Assembly: GCF_006345805.1 (NCBI RefSeq)
Contig: NC_043022.1
Coordinates: 15,314,001 to 15,378,000 of the forward strand
Length of the DNA: 64,000 nt
From: Octopus sinensis
Taxonomy: Eukaryota
Reading direction: 5' to 3'
The notes under the pieces were generated by a model. It was not told where the DNA came from. It saw only the letters and a program-made list of their open reading frames with translations, and did no database searches. A program made the position numbers and the translations under genes. The stretch's first letter is position 1. Every line of letters begins with the position of its first letter. Of this stretch, positions 62,165 through 64,000 are shown piece by piece.

Positions 62165-62420
62165 TTTTGTTTCACTCATTTAACTGTGGCCATGCTAGAG
62201 CACCGCCTTTAGTAGTTGAGCAAATCAATCCCAGAACTAATTCTTTGTAAGCCTAGTACTTATTCTATCGGATGTCAAGCGACGGTGGGGGGACAAACAC
62301 AGACACACAATTATATAGATATATATATATGTATGTATGAAGTGCTTCTTTCAGTTTCCATCTACCAAATCCACTCACAAGGCTTTGGTCGGGTCGAGGC
62401 TATTGTAGAGGACACTTGCT
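62165..62420 (-). mobile_element. SINE family A with internal deletion
   Basis: Tail and partial head recognisable. Confidence 0.75.
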
Positions 62421-62667
62421 CGAGGAACCACCGGAACCATATGCTTCCATAAATTTGAACTCGGAACATAAAACCAGACGATATGCCACCAAGCATTGGC
62501 CCGGCCCGCTATCGATTCTTCCAGCTCAACAAAAGGGTTAAAAGGATTTAAATTATAATTTGCCATCAAAATTTCATTTTCAGTTTTTCTTCAAAATACC
62601 AACTTAATAACAACAAAGTTAATTCTACTAAATTCATTATTTTCAGAATTAATTAAAAGAAAAGAAA

Positions 62668-63070
62668 AGGAGTGGCTGTGTGGTAAGTAGCTTGCTAACC
62701 AACCACATGGTTCCGGGTTCAGTCCCACTGCGTGGCATCTTGGGCAAGTGTCTTCTGCTATAGCCCCAGGCCGACCAATGCCTTGTGAGTGGATTTGGTA
62801 GACGGAAACTGAAAGAAGCCTGTCGTATATATGTATATATATATATATGTGTGTGTGTGTATGTGTTTGTGTGTCTGTGTTTGTCCCCCTAGCATTGCTT
62901 GACAACCGATGCTGGTGTGTTTATGTCCCCGTTACTTAGCGGTTCGGCAAAAGAGACCGATAGAATAAGTACTGGGCTTACAAAAGAATAAGTCCCGGGG
63001 TCGAAAGGCGGTGCTCCAGCATGGCCGCAGTCAAATGAGTGAAACATGTAAAAGAGTAAAAGAGTAAAAA
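62668..63070 (+). mobile_element. SINE family A, full length
   Basis: Matches the consensus. Confidence 0.92.
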
Positions 63071-63679
63071 AGTATAAAAATGACAGGGCAGAAATTAAAA
63101 GTCTTCGGAAATCTGTTGAAGGAAGTAATTCTACAAAATCTCAAAACTTCCAACTTCACCAGGAACATCAATAAAATGACTGACACAAAAATCTTTCAAG
63201 ATTTTACTCCAATTCTTCTTTCTTCTTCAGAATTGGCACTTCAAAATCAATTCCAGTTTGATATTTATCCGACTTATTGATCTGCTTTGAGCTCATTCCA
63301 ATCTCTTTAGAATTTTAATCAATTTACTGATAATTCCAACCTATTAATTCTCCACTTCCTCTCTTTGCTTAAAATTTATTAGCTTTTTGTTTTCCTTTCT
63401 TTGTTTTCTTCTTTCTTTCCGTTCTTCTTTTCTCTTTATTTTCTTCGTCCTTTCTTTCCTTCTTTCATTATATTTGTGTTTGATAGAGTGATTGATTACT
63501 TATTGATCTCTCAGATTAACTGACTAATAACTTTATTATTGCAATACTGTTTCTTACCTTCTTTTTCTTCCCCCACCTCTACCTGCCTCTCTTTCGTTCT
63601 CTTCCTCTCTTTCTTTCTTTTGTATATTTGATCATTCACCTGTTCACTATTTACCTATCACCATCAACAATTTCATCAT

Positions 63680-63870
63680 CATCATCATCATCATCACCAC
63701 CATTATCAATGCCACGTTTCCCTGCTTCCATGTGGGGAAAGTGTTAGATGGAATATGTTGAGACAGATTTTCTACGGCTGGATGCCTTCCCTTTCACCAA
63801 CCCTCATCTGTTTCCACCTGAGGTAAAAATCTACCCAAGGCCAGACATGCTTTCCATGCAAATGAAAGAC
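63680..63870 (-). mobile_element. Degenerate family C repeat
   Basis: (cat)n..tttctacggctggatgcc..ttcaccaaccctc. Confidence 0.6.
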
Positions 63871-64000
63871 ACTGCTTCTGACAGGCATTTACAGCATTCA
63901 CATGTCAAGATGACACAACCACACACACAGACACACACACACACACACATACATACACAACCACATGCATGTGTGCACACATACACAACCACACATGCAC

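Noticed and set aside
63075-63350. Short protein-like frames on both strands
   Set aside because: No recognisable domain, early stops and no clear splice sites.

Overview
AT-rich eukaryotic, non-coding-dominated DNA, saturated with (TA)n/(CA)n/(ATT)n/(GGT)n microsatellites and short interspersed repeats. The repeat repertoire looks like an octopus (coleoid cephalopod) genome; this is recognition from memory, not a database result. I find no intact host protein-coding exon, and almost all tracked ORFs are translations of simple repeats or SINEs. Recognisable content: three tRNA-headed SINE families (called A, B and D here); 3' ends of an RTE LINE (family C), one still joined to RTE ORF2; CR1 fragments; a mariner (D34D-type) deletion derivative; a decayed near-full-length D,D37D (maT-type) transposase; Tc1/mariner, piggyBac-like, hAT-like and Tigger-like MITEs; Penelope-like repeats carrying minimal hammerhead-ribozyme motifs; several minisatellites; and an 834-bp tandem duplication. 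The best host-gene signal is a CpG-rich minus-strand promoter and non-coding first exon near 59188-59460, so most of the window may be intronic. Most interesting observations: three minimal hammerhead motifs (19479, 20786, 29851), a SINE-B/CR1 chimera inside one target-site duplication (30834-31224), and a 2-kb TE-free island with a dense TGAC/Forkhead-type motif cluster (36720-38790). These are new instances of known phenomena or untested candidates; I cannot support a claim of a wholly new biological system.
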